64,000 bases of DNA. Origin: an uncultured Pseudomonadota bacterium (lineage in GTDB: Bacteria; Myxococcota_A; Polyangia; Fen-1088). The position numbers and the translations under genes are program-made. Of this stretch, positions 62,108 through 64,000 are shown piece by piece. The stretch covers positions 32,001 through 96,000 of the forward strand of contig CAWKBC010000021.1 of assembly GCA_963847705.1 (NCBI GenBank). The letters run 5' to 3'. The notes beneath the pieces are model-generated. The model saw only the letters and a program-made list of their open reading frames with translations. It was not told where the DNA came from and ran no database searches. Position 1 is the stretch's first letter; the number at the start of each line of letters is the position of its first letter.

Positions 62108-62767
62108 TCAGAACCGGACGCCGCCACCCAGGCTCACGCGAACGTACCTCGTCCGAGTATCCACCTTCTCGCCGGCGACGGTGAGCGACTGGAATCCCAG
62201 CTGATAGCCGGCTCCTAGGTTCGCGAAGATTCGGTCTGTGATTCCCATGTCGGCCCCACCGCCGAAGGCCACGACAAATCCCTTGGCCGAGGTGCCGCCA
62301 GCCTGGTTGATGAGCGAGTATCCCGGAAGAGCTTCGACGTAGAGGCCGATCGTCTCCACGATCGGAAACGTGTACGCCAGGCGCGCCATCAGGTCCGTCT
62401 CCCGGACCGCGGGCGGGGCCGCAAGCGGGGAGGGATTCACCTTGTAGTTCACGTTGGAGATGATCTGCGGCGCGACCCCCACGCTGAGGCCGGCGAGGAT
62501 CCGATAGCTCGCCGACAAGCCGGCGCCATATGCCAGCGAGGCGTCTCCTTGGACCGGCACGCCGCCGATCGGACTGGTGTACTTACCGAGGCCCATCGGA
62601 AGGAACGCCAGACCGATCCGCAGTCTCGGCGACGGCGGCGGCGCGGCAGAATACGGATCAACGACCGCTGCGGCCGGTGCCGGAGCCACGGGGGCGCGAT
62701 CCTCCGCGCGGGCCCCGGCGCCGAGCGCGACCAACATCAGACCGATCAGGGTGCTTGCTTTGCGCAT
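62108..62767 (-). CDS. Outer-membrane beta-barrel protein
   Basis: Signal peptide, amphipathic strands, C-terminal GGGVRF. Confidence 0.8.
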   Translation of the reverse strand: MRKASTLIGLMLVALGAGARAEDRAPVAPAPAAAVVDPYSAAPPPSPRLRIGLAFLPMGLGKYTSPIGGVPVQGDASLAYGAGLSASYRILAGLSVGVAPQIISNVNYKVNPSPLAAPPAVRETDLMARLAYTFPIVETIGLYVEALPGYSLINQAGGTSAKGFVVAFGGGADMGITDRIFANLGAGYQLGFQSLTVAGEKVDTRTRYVRVSLGGGVRF

Positions 62768-62796
62768 CTGGTTTTTTCTCGCTCGTGAGGTCGCTG

Positions 62797-64000
62797 CTAG
62801 AAGTAGAAGGAGAACCGAAGACGGACGCTATAATTCTCGTCGTCATACGTCGGGGCGGGACTGGTGCTCGCCTGTAGGAAGTGAGCCCGCGAGTAGCTCC
62901 CCACCAGCTTGATGTAAAGCTGCTGGAAGACCACGTACTGGACGGCGGCGAAGCTTTGCCACAGCCAGTAGTTGTCGACGACGGCAAAATTGGCGGGGTT
63001 GTTCTGGTCCACGTCGCGGGTGAAGAGCCCCCCCACGCCGAAGATGAGAGGATAGCGTTCGCTGCCGTTGGAGACGTTGGCGAACCCGCCGTAGCTGGTC
63101 CGGGTGAAGCTCCCTTGCCTGTTCTCCTGCCCCTGGGCGTCGAAGGAGAGAACCGTTCCCTGCGCGGCGTTGAAGCCGAACTCGATGTGCGGCTCGAACA
63201 CGAACTGCACGGCGCCGCCGACTCCCTTTGAGGTGGTCTCGAGCTGGCTGCCTGTGTTCTGCGAGGTTTCGCGCTGCCACTCCACGCCCCCCTTGAGCTT
63301 CAGCCAACCGAAGTCGAGGATGGCGACGGGGCGGGTCGCGACCACAGGGCCGCTGCTGAAGCTCCCCACGGTTCCCAGCGCCTCGAAGCGAAGGAACGGC
63401 AACGGATAGTAGTGGACCGCCATGTTGCCTGCGGCGCCGTTCGGCCGGAACTGGTTGTCGGTCAGTCCGTAGTAGGAGACAACCGGATCGCCGGGGCCGA
63501 TTGCGCCCTGGCGCTCGAACGTGTTCTGGTCCAGGCCCATGCCGAGGTGAAAGACCTCCCACCCCTCGAAGCGGCCGACCTGGAAGTCCCACCTGTTCCA
63601 CTGCCCGATGCGCAACCAGAGATCGTCCGTGTCGGCGCCGCCGACGTCCGACCGCTGGATCGTCTGGTTCTCGGTCCCGACCAGCTCCACCTGGCCCTGG
63701 ACGAACCAGTCGGCGAACGAGTAGGTCGGCGTGACCCGCAACAGCATGCGCCCTTGCTGCGTTGCATAGGCGAGTTGGTCCTGTCCGATCGCTTGTTGGT
63801 TCTGGCCCCAGGGGGCGAACTTCACATAGGCGGTGTCGAGCCAACCCCAGCCCGAAAGGCCGATCACGAACCGATCGCGGCCAGACTTGGCGGGCAAGTA
63901 CGGCCACTGCAGGCCGTGGAAGGTGAGCCACAACGAGCCGTACTTGAGGCCGCGAGTCTGCGGCTCGGGGTAAGCCGACCCGGGGAGCCGCTGGACGCCG
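62797..64000 (-). CDS. Putative porin-like outer-membrane protein, 5' end outside the window
   Basis: Frame open to the window edge (GVQRLPGSAYPEP...SLWLTFHGLQWPY); aromatic-rich strands; ends in RLRFSFYF. Confidence 0.78.
   Translation of the reverse strand, partial: GVQRLPGSAYPEPQTRGLKYGSLWLTFHGLQWPYLPAKSGRDRFVIGLSGWGWLDTAYVKFAPWGQNQQAIGQDQLAYATQQGRMLLRVTPTYSFADWFVQGQVELVGTENQTIQRSDVGGADTDDLWLRIGQWNRWDFQVGRFEGWEVFHLGMGLDQNTFERQGAIGPGDPVVSYYGLTDNQFRPNGAAGNMAVHYYPLPFLRFEALGTVGSFSSGPVVATRPVAILDFGWLKLKGGVEWQRETSQNTGSQLETTSKGVGGAVQFVFEPHIEFGFNAAQGTVLSFDAQGQENRQGSFTRTSYGGFANVSNGSERYPLIFGVGGLFTRDVDQNNPANFAVVDNYWLWQSFAAVQYVVFQQLYIKLVGSYSRAHFLQASTSPAPTYDDENYSVRLRFSFYF

Overview
A GC-rich (about 70% by eye) chromosomal window. 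Its gene content points to a myxobacterium (Myxococcota, probably Polyangia-like): a Ser/Thr kinase with a PEGA-like tail, a TonB_C-fused TonB-dependent receptor, many Gly/Ser/Thr-linker lipoproteins and a CotH protein with a Cys/Asp-rich motif. About 58 CDS are supportable. They cover central carbon metabolism (malQ, fbaA, pgm, pyk, pfkA, ndh), an exbB-exbD-tonB-lipoprotein-TBDT-OMP uptake operon, hisC, an orphan sigma54 response regulator, rlpA, rbgA, glnB, a P450, a GH8 glycanase, a divergent Crp/ECF-sigma pair and a 10 kb envelope-glycosylation cluster (GtrB-like GT2, PimA-like GT4, a flippase-like protein and four GT-C-like proteins). I saw no rRNA, tRNA, CRISPR array or transposase. Four signals stand out. 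(1) A structured repeat family (unit about 74 bp, five copies at four loci) is bounded by CTAG, and at every locus at least one end overlaps a TAG stop codon; its hairpins covary and it has no terminal inverted repeats. (2) All three frameshifts found are the same +1 change, GATC to GATTC/GAATC, which suggests a modified GATC motif causing base-calling errors. (3) At least 11 genes have a TAnnnT -10-like hexamer 6-8 nt before the start codon, suggesting widespread leaderless mRNAs. (4) The multi-GT-C glycosylation cluster. All product calls come from motif recognition by eye, not database searches.
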